Below are positions 46,425-58,320 of a stretch of 64,000 nt of DNA, piece after piece; within the stretch, counting starts at the first letter, position 1; the number at the start of each line of letters is the position of its first letter. The notes below the pieces were generated by a model that was given only the letters and a program-made list of their open reading frames with translations, was not told the origin of the DNA and made no database searches. The DNA lies in NCBI GenBank assembly GCA_013265495.1, contig MU061814.1, positions 5,459,684 to 5,523,683 on the forward strand. Reading direction: 5' to 3'. The DNA comes from Vicugna vicugna. Its lineage: Eukaryota. A program made the position numbers and the translations under genes.

Positions 46425-47994
46425 CTAAAATGAAGAAAATAGTTTATAGGTCTTAAGTAAATATAGCTAAAACCATGTTCAAAAAAAAGCATCAAACTTT
46501 CCAAGCACTCTCTTATTTGAGTGTAGGTCACATGACCTGCAAAGACATCCAGGGAGTGGAAAAACCAACCAACTAGCCTCCAAAACACGGTTCCTTTCCC
46601 TAAGGACTTCTAAAAGAAGGGAAGGTACTCTGTCCACTCTGAAAGCAGGGGGCTGGGACAGGCCAAGGCCAGGGCGCTGGTGGGAAGAGCCCAGGGGCCT
46701 CGGGGACAGAGGGTTTCATGACCAGTCATCAGGTGTCAGCTGCTTTCCAATCTACCATCCTCCTTTGGAGATGGACACAGCTCAGTAAAACCCCAGAGAG
46801 AAATACGAACACAATGTGCAAAGATGAAAAACAAAACTACACACGAGAGTAAACTATTCAGGAATTCTTACCACTGTAGCTCTGTCATTGTTCTAGTTAA
46901 AAACCCAAGAAAGGTTTCAGAAGACGGATGTTAGGATGACTGAACAGGACGTGGTACCGCGTCCACGTGCATCTAAACACCACTTCGCTCCCTCGTTCAA
47001 ACCACTTCACTTAGTTTATTAGCGAACATGTCTTTGGTCCTGAGTATCAGGCATTCAACGCGTTTCACATTCTAGACCCAAGACCCTCTGCCAGCACCTC
47101 ACCTCCTTCTCTGACTCAGGCCAACTGCCTCTCCTTCCAGGAGAGAACTTAGTAACTGAGGTCGCCTTAGCAACAGAACAAACATTCCGCGGCACCTCCT
47201 TTTAAAGAGACAGTGACCACTTCACCCTGACCAGCCACCCACATCATCATGAACCCATGTCAAAACAAGAAACTGCTTCTCAGAAGGATCTTGAAATAAA
47301 CTTTCACATTCCACAACAGTGAACATCGACAAAAGCAAAGGAATTTGGATGTTTTCAGGAATGAAGTTTTTAAAGTTTACCTCTGGAAAAAGTTTTTGGA
47401 TTTGAGTTTTGAATAATCAATCAGAATAGGAGAATCCAGTTATTTCTGTTACATGCAATGAGGTAAAGTACTTTATTCAAAATAGATCAGATCATTTAAA
47501 ATAATTTGGTTCATTTATCTTGACTTTAATTTACAAAACTGATTTTGTAATTTCTAACACAGAAATTCTAATATAAAATTTCAGCTCATGAAACAAAAGC
47601 AGGTCTATCAAGACAAAAGACAAACAAAACATCTATGATCAAGGCGAAAGTTAAAAAAAAAAACTGTGTTATGTTCCAAACACAACTTAGAGTGTACAGG
47701 TCCACACACGACAGCAAGCCAACACACCTGATCACACCATGTTGGTAACAAACGCTCCCCAGGAAGAGGACAACGGGAAAGAGAAAAACTGGAGGTGAAC
47801 ACTGAACGTACTGAAATAATTCACTATTACTGTCCTAAGTTTCTAAGTGCAAATTTTTCCATTTCCTACTAATGAGAAGTAGGAATAATACCATGAAATC
47901 TTACTTTTCCACAAGCCAACAGTTCTCATCTGCAGTGCCAAAGGCCATTCATGAACAGGCCACAGCCCACCTTCCAAGTTCTTGAAAGGCACTC

Positions 47995-48560
47995 TCCAAC
48001 TTTTTGCTGTCAGGGCCCCTTTATACTTTTAAAATTTGAGGACCCCCAAAGAGCTGTTTTTATGTGGGATATATCGGTATTTCCAAAATTAAAGCTGAGA
48101 AGGATTTTCAGAATTATGCACATTTGCTGACATTACAGTAAATCCTGACGAGTAGCAGTTCCATAAAAATCAGTCACAAAATGAATCTGAAGCCATGCTT
48201 GTGAACTTTCCACAGCTCCTTACATTACAAGCCACTCTGAATGCACCCTCTGCTCCCGTGCTTGGGGGTCACCTGGAAGCCTGGTCCGGACACAGCGGAG
48301 CCCATGTGCCAGCAGAGAGCTTAGTGGACAAGGACACGCTGGTTAATGTTGGCGCCCACCTCCCGAAACGTCTTTAGTCACTGCCAACATTCCAATTTTC
48401 GCTTACATCTTGAATTTTATCGTAAGTAACAAATACGGTCAGCTGCTTTCCTTGAGACTCATGCCACTTCTCTTCAAGAAAATGCCTGCCAAACGAAACC
48501 CCACCTGGAAAACAGAGTCTGTCAGTGGTGCCTCCACCCCGCACACTGTAAACACAACCG
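47995..48560. mobile_element. hAT-Charlie DNA transposon fragments (Charlie1-like)
   Basis: CAGGGCCCCTTTATACTTTTAAAATTTGAGGACCCCCAAAGAGCTGTTTTATGTGGGATATATC resembles the Charlie1 end as recalled. Boundaries approximate. Confidence 0.55.
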
Positions 48561-51500
48561 TGTGTGTGATGCCCCGTGTGGGGTGGAGAACACTCACCAG
48601 GCCAACTATGACTGGGGACAGAGTTCTGACCTCTTAGCCCCTACAAGGGTTTGGGGACCCACATGAAACAGACTGAGAACTTCTGTAACATGCCATTCCT
48701 ACCTAGTAGTTTAAGAACACGATGAAGGCGTGCAAAGCCATCACACACATGGAGTCTTTAGCATCAGAAGAGATTAAACATTTCCTTCCACAAAACTGTT
48801 ATCAACCAATAAATGCTCCCTTCAACGCCTAAAAAATATTAAGCTGCCACAAGTGATTTTCTTAAACACAAGATCAAAAATACCCTCCCCAAGTAATGTT
48901 AGCGATGCCTGACTCTATGACCATTGTAAATTTGAATGCTTGACCTCCACAAAGCTTCAGACAGGTAGAGGTAACTGCATCTTGCCCATTTAAAGATGTT
49001 TAGTTCTATACACTAGAGACTAATTCTGCTAAGACACTTTAAAATACAATATATAACCACAATTAAGGTCCTATTTTCACAGCACGGGAACTGCGAGAAA
49101 ACAGCTCCAGCTTCTCAAAAAGATAACACACAGATGCGTATCTGTCCCACCTGGTGGCAAAACAGTGTGGTTCTCTGAACCTCATACCCACCCCCCAAAG
49201 CAAAAATCAAAATTAACACTAATTGTGCAACAATGGTAACCTGCCAATCTCAAATTACATCCAATGCTATAACACAATCTCATTATGCTGGCCTCTGCTA
49301 ACTTACTTCTGAAAGACTAGGCCGAAGTTTACAGTTACTTGTACTTTTTATTAAGGGTCTTCTGTCTCACAACTAATCCTCTGCTGTGGAAGAGGAGGGA
49401 CTGAGAAGACGCTGGCTAAAAGGTTTTTAAGTAACCCCCTCCCCCCAAAAAGACAAGCTTTCCCACTTACTCTCTCACAATTGTTTTTATTAATGGGATG
49501 GTCACTCATGAGAGTGCCCAGACATGAGACAGCTCTCTACATCCCGAAGGCACCAGTGTTCTCTGAATACCAGCCCACAGTAGCCAGACGGCCCCACACG
49601 TCTAAAGCAGCAAACACCACACCTGTCCACGAAACACGTCCCCCAGACACGGAGAGGCGGCAGGCCTGGGCTCGCGGGGCAGAGGGAGAAGCCCCGCTTT
49701 CCTTTACCTGAATTTCCACAGAGAACCTGACTCAGACGTGTTAAGTTACATTTCAGTCCCTCAGACGGCTACTGCAAAGTTTGCTGCTTTCCCAGCAACA
49801 TTGTCATTATTACAATTATCCTGAAGCAAAGGCACTCACAACACAGAAAGGTTCTCAAGAGGTAAACAGAGACAAACCTAGGAACAATCCTGCTGTTTGG
49901 AACTTCTTATATACTTCTGCTCTACAATACGTGGGAATAAAAAGCAAACTTGCTGCGTAACCTGCTGAGGCCCGGTGCTCAGCTGGGCCGCGGTGGGCTC
50001 CAGCCTCCCCTACCCCCGCTCCTCGTCGTGGGTGGGCAGGGGGTGCACCGGCCCCCCATAGGGTTTCTAGTGCATAACAGGCTTGTGCCCTCAATGGGCA
50101 ACTCTCCAAACCAGCTTCAGGGACCATAAGAGCCACCTGAACGTATCAAGATTAGGGAGGGGGTAACGAGGCTTTCCCCATTCTGTCCTGAGCGCTGTGC
50201 AGTCTCCTGCCCAGGTTCTGTGAGGATATTCAGGTGAACAGAAGCGGGGCTTCTCCCTCTGCCCCGTGAGCCCAGGCCTGCCGCCCCTCTGTGTCTGGGG
50301 GACAAGGTGTTTAGTGGACAGGTGTGGTGTTTGCTGCTGCAGATGTGTGGGGCCGTCCGGCTACTGTGGGCTGGTTTTCAGAGAACACTGGTGCCTTCGG
50401 GATGTAGAGAGCTGTCTCAAGTCTGGGCACTGTCACAAGTGACCATCTGGAACGGGCTCCTGCTGTGGTCTGCCTGCCTGCGCCCCTGGCCCAAACTCAG
50501 CTCGAAACCCAGTCCTGAGGTGATGGTGCTAGGAGGTGGGGCCCTTGGGTGGTACCTAGTCCACGACGTTGGAGCCCTCAGGAGTGGGCTCACTGCCCTT
50601 AAAAATAGGCCCCAGAGCTCACTCGGCCCCTGCAGCCAGGGAGAGGCATCCGGTCTGCGGGCACCCTGGCCTCGGGCCCCCAGCCCTCAGCGCTGTGAGG
50701 AACCGTCTACTGCATACGAGGCCTGCAAGTCTGCGGTCTGGTGCAGCAGCCCGAGTGGACTCCCGGTGAGCAAGAAAACACGGTTCCAAACACTGTGCAA
50801 GGGGCTGCTGGAATCCTGCCCCCGAGGACTGGTGCTCTTAAGGCTGCTGCCTGGGGCTTAGCGACCCTCTGAACTGTGAAGGCTCTCGTCCTCAGCGAGT
50901 GCTGTGTGGGACAAGCCTGGCTGCCGCTGAATTCCCAAGGACAGCACTGGGATGGGTTCCGAAACGGAGCCTCCCCTCTCTTTCCTCGACCAAGACCGAG
51001 AGAGCGAGAGAGAGCCCGCGTGACAGACAGACGACCTGCAGGCAGTAAGTCACTTCTCAGGACAGTCACCCCTGCTAAGCACTCCAGGGGCTGCTTCCCC
51101 TCGGAGCCTCTAGGTCCCGTAGCTGTGAATTAAAAACCCTGATTCTCCAGGGACCACTCCTGCGATAAGCCACTTGACTGCCTTATAGCCGCAGCGGTCT
51201 GTTTGGCCCAAGTCCTCCTGTGCGGGCTACTCCCGTCCAGCACCCCGGGGACATGGTTGCGGATCCCCGCACCCGCCTGTGGTCTCCGGGGGCCAGGCCC
51301 CTATACAGGCCACTCTCACCTTGTTTCACTGCAGCAAGAGCTGTTAAGGACCCAGTGAGAGGCTGTGGATAAGGAAAGGACACCCTATAACAAATGCAAA
51401 ATGCCACTGTGCCCTAAAGCCAACAGAAGCCTTGAGGCTTCCTCACCCAGCAGGCACCCTGGCTGTGCTTGGGCCTCTGGTTCCAGGTGGTCCTCTTCAA

Positions 51501-51716
51501 GGGAGAGATACGCACTGACACCTCTTCACTGGGGACAACACACATTTTCCACACGTTTCCCAAAAAGCAAGGACGTGGCTGATTCAAAAAAAAAGTTCAA
51601 AGACACTGCCTATCTTCTTAAAAGTAATCCATTTTCCCAGTTGTTCAAGTTTAGAGTCAACTATTTTTCTTTTTTTAGTCTCATTTCTCAACAAAAGAGC
51701 ATTTCTAACTATGACC

Positions 51717-52050
51717 CAGAGCAGAGGTTCTCAAAGTATGTTGGGGGGACGGGAGTGTGGTCTTTCAGGAGGTCCCCAGGGTCAAACTATTTGCACAACA
51801 CTCCTCTTTCAGGAGCACGTGGTATTTTTCAGATGCTAAACGACCATGCGATTACAACAGCTGGAATTCAGAAGCAGGCAGGAGAATCTGACGACTGTTG
51901 CTTAAGCCAGACATTAAAGAGATTGCCAAACTGTAAAGCAATGCCACCTCTCACCCAGCTGTTTTCCTCTTGGAACAACTTTCATAAAGTGTTAATATGC
52001 AAATGTTAATTATTACTTTTAAATGAAAAAGTATACTTAATTGTCAATTT
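51717..52050 (+). mobile_element. hAT-Charlie-type MER fragment
   Basis: Begins CAGAGGTTCTCAAAGT (hAT-like terminus) and contains TTAAGCCAGACATTAAAGAGATTGCCAAACTGTAAAGCAATGCCAC. Subfamily not determined. Confidence 0.6.
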
Positions 52051-53404
52051 CTAATGCCAAAAGTGGGAAATACCAACAGATACAACACAAACAAAAGCTG
52101 TTTGTGGTCCGGGTTAATTTCTGTAGCGGCATCAGTTTGAGAACAGCCGGCAGCATACACCTGACACTGGGAAACTTTAAAGGGCTGCTCTTGACGGGTC
52201 AGAAGCAACCCAGAACTTCCCAGTCGGTAGGACCGAAGGACTGTGCCAGTGATGCTTCAGGACTCTGCTCTCCCAGCCCCTCTGGGCCTCTCCTCACCGC
52301 AGTTTCACATGATGACTGAGAAAGCACCGATTTCCAATCATGAAATTGCAGCATTCAGAGTGCCTACCACTCCAGTTCAAAGGGAAAGTGGTTGGAGAAA
52401 ACAACACAGGCCTTCTCTCTCACAAGGATCCGCTTCCCAAGTGGAGCTGCATCTCATAAAGGAATTAGGATCTCAAACCACAGGTCAAGGTGCAAAAAGA
52501 ATGGTTGGAGGAATGTGCGGAAATACAAAACACAAGAACTGTGTATCTCAGCTGGAGTCCTTCCTTTCCCTGAGATTAGCGGAGGCCAATGTCTAGTTTT
52601 AGGGGCGGTGTGGCAAGTCCAAGCTTACATTAGAAAGCTATGAGATAGGGGGCAGAGTCTGTGCGTCAGCTCTGCAGGCCCACCAGAGCTGGGCTTGGTG
52701 CAGCTCTCGGGCTCGTCAAGGCTGCACAGGCGGGGCACACGCAGACAGGAGCCACCTTACTGCCAAACACACATCCTTAGGGGGAAAACACTTTCAATTA
52801 CAATCTAACAAACCTGAAGAGTCAGCAGCTAGTGTCGACCCAGCCCTGTCTTGATGGAATGCTGGGGTCAACTCCTCCAGCAACCCACGACCTGATCAAG
52901 GCAGCCAGCAGCCACCCTTCCCCTGCCGGGCAAATTAATGAGTCAGGTAAGTCCTCTGATAAGTAGACTGGGGGCTGGGAGGCTCAAGGGGCAGCACCGT
53001 GGAAGAAGGCAGGCGTTGTGCCAGGATGTTCCTGGCTTCAACCCCAGCTGCAAACCTAACAGCTAGACGTGCTGCTCAGGAAACGGGGACAACTGTAACC
53101 TCAGTTTCCTAAAAGGATATCTGAAACCACACCATGTCAAGTGCCAGTCAGCACTTATACACAGCAAACGTGTAATAAACGGCACACGTCATTTGACAGA
53201 GTGGCAATGTCAGACATGACCAGTTGGGGAAACAGGACTCCATAGGAGAGACTGCAAACATTTACCAAGAGCCCTTTACGTCGGTACAGAGCACGCAGTA
53301 GCTCTGTCCCCCAGCCAGGTGGGGCCGCTTCATCTTGACTCGGCAGAGATAACCGGGAAAGTGCAAGTGCGTTTATAAGGGTGCTCCCAGCAGGTTTTTT
53401 TTTT

Positions 53405-53495
53405 TTTATACTAAGGGACACAAACCAATGTCCATCACCGAGGGACTGGTTTGAAAAAACAGTCAAGAAACATCCATACGATGAAATCATTTAAG
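53405..53495 (+). mobile_element. Old L1M 3' fragment
   Basis: AAACCAATGTCCATCACCGAGGGACTGGTTTGAAAAAAC...ACATCCATACGATGAAATC resembles L1M ORF2-end/3'UTR. Confidence 0.5.
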
Positions 53496-53992
53496 GATGT
53501 AACGAGGGGGTGACAAGCTCCACCCTCTGAAAGAGTCTCACATGGGAGTGGGGAGACAAGTCAGCCCTGCACAGTGGCCCCACCTCCTAACACCCTCTGC
53601 CCAACACATGCAACCAGGCTCACAAACAGGACAACAGCTCTAACGCTGGGCTTCCACACAGTGCTGTTTCTGGGGTTTCTGCTTCCTTCTTTATATTTTT
53701 ACATTGTCTTGATTTTCTACATATATATTTATCTTCGCAAAACAAACACAGTAATCTTTGTATTGGGGGGGAAACCTCTTTTACCTTCTTGTAAAGGTTT
53801 ATTAAATACCACATTAAGAGTCTGTATTAGCATAAGAAAAGCAAAACCACAGCAGCAAAGTTTGATACTCAAGCATCTGCTTTACAAATTACAAACGTGA
53901 CAATCCCACTGCTTACTGAACAGGTTTACAGGGACTGCTGCAAAAGCAGGATCATCATCCATTCAACTTCGTATCACTTACCCTCAGAATCA

Positions 53993-54158
53993 GAGTTGAC
54001 CCTTGAGACAAACAGGAGTTAGGCTTCAAGCCTGCACACACCTCACACCCAGGCTCTGCACGCTGTGGCCTGTGCAGCACCGCAGTGTTTACTCCTGAAC
54101 AGGGCCCTGTGTAAGTGGGCCCGGGCAGCTCAAAGCCATGCCGTTCAAGGGCCAGCTG
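53993..54158. mobile_element. Tigger-family MITE (MER8/Tigger2-like) with both terminal inverted repeats
   Basis: Left GAGTTGACCCTTGA; right TCAAGGGCCAGCTG (reverse complement CAGCTGGCCCTTGA). Internal TGTAAGTGGGCCCGGGCAGCTCAAAGCC fits the recalled Tigger2 end. Confidence 0.7.
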
Positions 54159-56499
54159 CACTGCTCAGAAAACGAGAGTGAGGCCTAAGCAAGGGGGTGC
54201 GGGCACTCAGACCACGTGCGCTCCATGCAGGCAGTGTGTGACCTCCCCTCAAGTCACTGTTAATCACAGAACCTCCGGAAAGGAACTCACGCACATCCCT
54301 CGGTGCTGGCCATAAAGAGGGCAGTGTCAGATATCCACTGGGAGGGGCTCCACCGTTTACACAAGGAACGCAAAAAGGAGATTGTTTCAGGAAATTTTCC
54401 TTAATGGACTTTCTGAGTCCACCAGGTATACGAGAAATCAGGTCTCTATCGGACATGGTGCCAACAGCGCAGACTCAAGGACAACAGGGAGCTGGCCTGT
54501 CAACATTCAATCTTGGCTCCCCAAGGGCCAAATGGAAGTCACCTGGTATCATGGGACAGGTGTATAAAAAAGGTAAAACATTAGCACTTTGCAGAAATAG
54601 AAAACAATCAGGACCTGGAACATCCAGAAAACACATACTACAAAGAACCAGTCTGTGGGCTGCCCAGGAAGGGGCCTCTACTCAATGAGGACTTACAGCG
54701 TCAACAGCAGGACCTACAAACTCCTCCGCCGAAGCCCCCACTCCAATACCTCTCCTCCCACCATGAAGACTAACCCTACCCTCATGAAGGCCCACTTGAA
54801 GCACTGGGTGCCCTGTGTCCAAGCCCCAGTGACACAGCTCCTCAGCAAGCCATTGTGATGCTCACACATCCACACGGTCGCCGTGGGAACGAGCAGACAT
54901 CCAGGGGAGGCGTCAACCTCACAACCTTTAATGTGTCCTTTCTTATCAGAGTCCAGAGTGCTACCCATTACACATAGGGCCTATTATAATGTCTTTTCTT
55001 ATCAAAGCATAACTCACTTTGCTTGAAATGGCCCGAATTCAATCAAAAACTAATAAAAGACAACTCTTGGTGGAAAATCAGAAATAAATTAAAAATACAT
55101 ATTATTCCTACTCATTATTAAAATAAGTCTACAAGAACACAGGCAAGGAGGAAACAGCACTTAGGAAATGTGTTAGGCAGAAAGTTTCACCACAGGGTTG
55201 GGGCTGGGTCCTCTCAGGTGACATGTGGGGTGTCTATGCTGTGTTAAAAATGGCAAAATAATGGTCTAGTCATAGAGATGGCGTGTGTGTATGCCAAACC
55301 CAAGTGCCAGTAAGGGCTCTAGGTTCCAGGGTACAAGGCTGCCAACACTGGATTTCAATGAAGGAGCTAGGAGGCCCTCACAAGTCCCCACTTCACTTGT
55401 CTCCAGGACTGAGAAGGCCACCTTTCTGGTATTCACTGAGTAAACTGAGAAATCTTTTTAAAGGTCCTTGATTTTATTTCCTCAAAACAGACGCCTAAAG
55501 CACCTTCTTGGAAGCGTGTTTAAGCCAGGGACTACATCACGCCAGGAAAATCATGGGACATTTGCCTGGGGTTGGCCCAACAGCCCAGTTAGAACTCAGC
55601 TGTGTGTTCCTGGACAAGTTCCTTACAGGTGCTTCACCTTCCTGGAGGCTAGAATGGTACCGAGCACCCTAGTGGTCGAAACGAATTAGCACTCATAAAC
55701 TGCTCAGAACAGGGTCCACCTTGGTGGAACGCCCACTGGAGGCTCTGCTTCCCCCAACCCAACCCCTGTACCAATCTACGGCTGCCCTGAGGTTTGTGAA
55801 CATACTGGGGGGAAAGTCTTACTATTCGCCTCTTCGCCTTCAAAATGCCCGACACGCTCAAATCGCGCTCCACCAGCGCGCAAAGGACACGGATGCTGCC
55901 ATCTACGGCTGACCGCCAATTACAGAGCACCCTCAACCTACCTCGTGTGCTGCTGTCCCAAGGCCCCAACTCTAGGCCCACTGTCTGAGGGGTCAGATCT
56001 AGGGCGGAAAACCTGTCCTGACCCCCAGGGTCTCCCAAGCGGGCGGGGGAGCGGCAGACACCGAGCAGAGCGCGCGAAACGTGGGGCGGGAATGGCACAG
56101 CGGACGGCAGGGCCGGCACGCCTCCCGTCGAAGGTGAGAGGTGCCCCTTCCCTTTTTCAGGATGACCAGCGGGCAACACAGCACAAATCGGTTTCATGTC
56201 ACACATCGAGTTGACAAGTCACGCAATAAAACCCAAAATTCTGTATTTTGCGGCTGGGCACAGTCTTAAAAAAAAAACCGAAACCGACTTTCCAAACTTC
56301 TTTTTTGCTTCCTACAGCATCGAATACCACACAACTAACGTAATGTTCGCCTTTACAAGAGCAGTCGACTAGAAGCCTGAAATTACCTGAAAGCGAACAG
56401 AACCACACCTTATAGAAAAACGCTAAAATGAAACTTCACCTCCTGCAAGATGTCTAGAGAAACTCACCGGACTAAAGAGAGAATTCAACTCTACGTTAC

Positions 56500-57200
56500 T
56501 CCGTTACTTGAAACAGAATCGCTTCCGCGCCCAAGCAGCCAGACTCGGAACTCCCAGGAAAAAGCGCTTCCCTCCCCCTCTCCGGTCGCGCGCCGCCGCC
56601 GCGGGGCACCGGGCCGCGCTGTGCCCGCGCTCCCTTCGGTCCGTCCAGGCTGAGACGCGACGGCGAGCACCGCCCGCGGCGGCCCGGCCGGACCCGGGTG
56701 ACCGCCCCCGCCCGTCCGGATGCGGCCCCGCGGCGGCCGGCCCCTCCGCCCCGGCCGCCACTCACCGCGGGCAGCAGGCCTCTAGAGTTTCGCAGCCATT
56801 CCCTCGAAGCGCCGCGGAGCGAGGGGACAGGAGAGCGGGCGGGCGGGCACGGCGCCGGCACCGAGATGCGGGGCTAGAAGAGCCGCCCGCGCTGCGAGCG
56901 GAGGGAAGACGTCGGCCACCGAGACGTGGAGCTAGATGGGCCGGCCGCGCGCCGCGCAGCGCCCCCTCACGGCGGGCGGAGGAAGGAGACTGGCCCAGGC
57001 CCCGCCCCTGCCCTGCGCCGCGCGCCCCTGTGGGTCCGGCCACCCCGAGGGGAGCGCACAGTGCCTGGGCTTCCGTTGGCTGGTCGCCCTGGGCCCACTT
57101 AGTGGCAGAAGGGGCCGGGAGGAAGATAGGAGCAAGGCACAACGCTCCTTTCCCACCAGACCGCGGTCGAGCCGGGCCTCCGCGGAAGCACGGCTACAAA
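56500..57200. promoter_or_regulatory. CpG island / DIDO1 promoter
   Basis: Dense CpG; GC box CCCCGCCCC near 57000; contains exon 1 and its GTGAGT donor. Confidence 0.85.
56766..56890 (-). other. DIDO1: DIDO1 non-coding exon 1 (5' end approximate)
   Basis: Donor GCG|GTGAGT at 56765 inside the CpG island; sequence CATCTCGGTG...GGAATGGCTGCG...CTAGAGGCCTG recalls the human DIDO1 5'UTR. Confidence 0.7.
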
Positions 57201-57709
57201 GAGGTGAGCTCACACAACTGGGCACACTGGGCCACCAGGGTTGCAAGGAAAGGGCTATGATAACCCTCCCCCTGGATTTTCTTCACTCAGTGCTGACGAG
57301 TGACACCCCAGCACCTGCCTGCCCCCAAATACTCAGCAAATGGACCTCAGAGGGGAATCACCTGCTTCCTTGGGACACTACAGACACCAGCCCTGAGAAC
57401 ACTAACTCCTTGACCAAGGGCTGGCCTCTGTCCCCATCACTGCCTCTACAGCTCCCTGCTCTCACGTTCCTTAGAAGCAGGAACCCTGGGCAAAAAGCAG
57501 AAAACTGCCCTGTGTGCAGTAAAGCTGCACTCCCGCCCTGCCAGCTGCTTCCACGCAGGAGAACCAGGGCCTGGGAGCAGGTGTGTGTGAGTGAAAAAGA
57601 TTGCAGCCGTATCAGTAAACAAAGAATGCTGAGGCCGTGGAGTCATCAGCCGCTACTGCCACCCCCACCCCTCCACCTCCCGCCCCAGTGAGCTGGAGGG
57701 AACTCAGGA

Positions 57710-58037
57710 TGTGAAAGAACAGCATACAGGCCCTGGACAGCTAGGTGCACATCAAAGGAATGATTTCAAGGAGCCCATACCTTTGCACCTTCCCATACAT
57801 AGAGAAAAGTGATAAATTCCTTAACTGGAGGTGTCTGGTTTTCTTTGATTAACAGTAATCTTTTGATGCTCTGACTACCTGGGGGTCTTTGTTGGAAAGA
57901 CTCATATATCCTGGCTTCTACCTTGCTGCTTTGGAACAGCCTTTTAGAGTGATCTGAGATGCTGAGTCCTGGGCTTGAGTCCTAAGAAAATCTACTGAAT
58001 AAAGTAGCTCTCAGCTTTCAGGCTGTGCTTTTAGACA
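57710..58037 (+). mobile_element. ERV1-class solo LTR (cetartiodactyl type), probably internally deleted
   Basis: TG...CA ends, TTTCTTTGATTAACAGTAATCTTTTGATG, TATA-like CATATATC at 57903, AATAAA at 57998, U5 CTCAGCTTTCAGGCTGTGC. No target-site duplication evident. Confidence 0.7.
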
Positions 58038-58254
58038 AACATCTTGAAGACCCCATAGCCTGCTAGGTTCTGAGAGACTCTCCTTCAAAGGAACATAGTA
58101 CGGCTTGTCTCTGCTGGTGGGATTCCATGAGGACCACCTTCATCAAATCTTGCAGGGATGAATACTGCTCTTCCACCTTGACTGTCTTCAGGTTTGCCCC
58201 AGATAGGTGTAGTGAGAAGTCTAGAAACCAGACAGAAGTAGCTGAAACCGGCTT

Positions 58255-58320
58255 GAACAAGCAGTGTGATCTCGGGCAAGTGGTCTGTAAAATGGGACTC
58301 ACATGCTGGGCCGTAGGGGA
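58255..58320 (+). mobile_element. MIR core fragment
   Basis: GTGTGATCTCGGGCAAGT...TCTGTAAAATGGG MIR core motifs. Confidence 0.4.

Noticed and set aside
51365-52009. 214-aa + strand ORF in intron 1
   Set aside because: Runs into a non-coding hAT-derived repeat; no transposase motifs.
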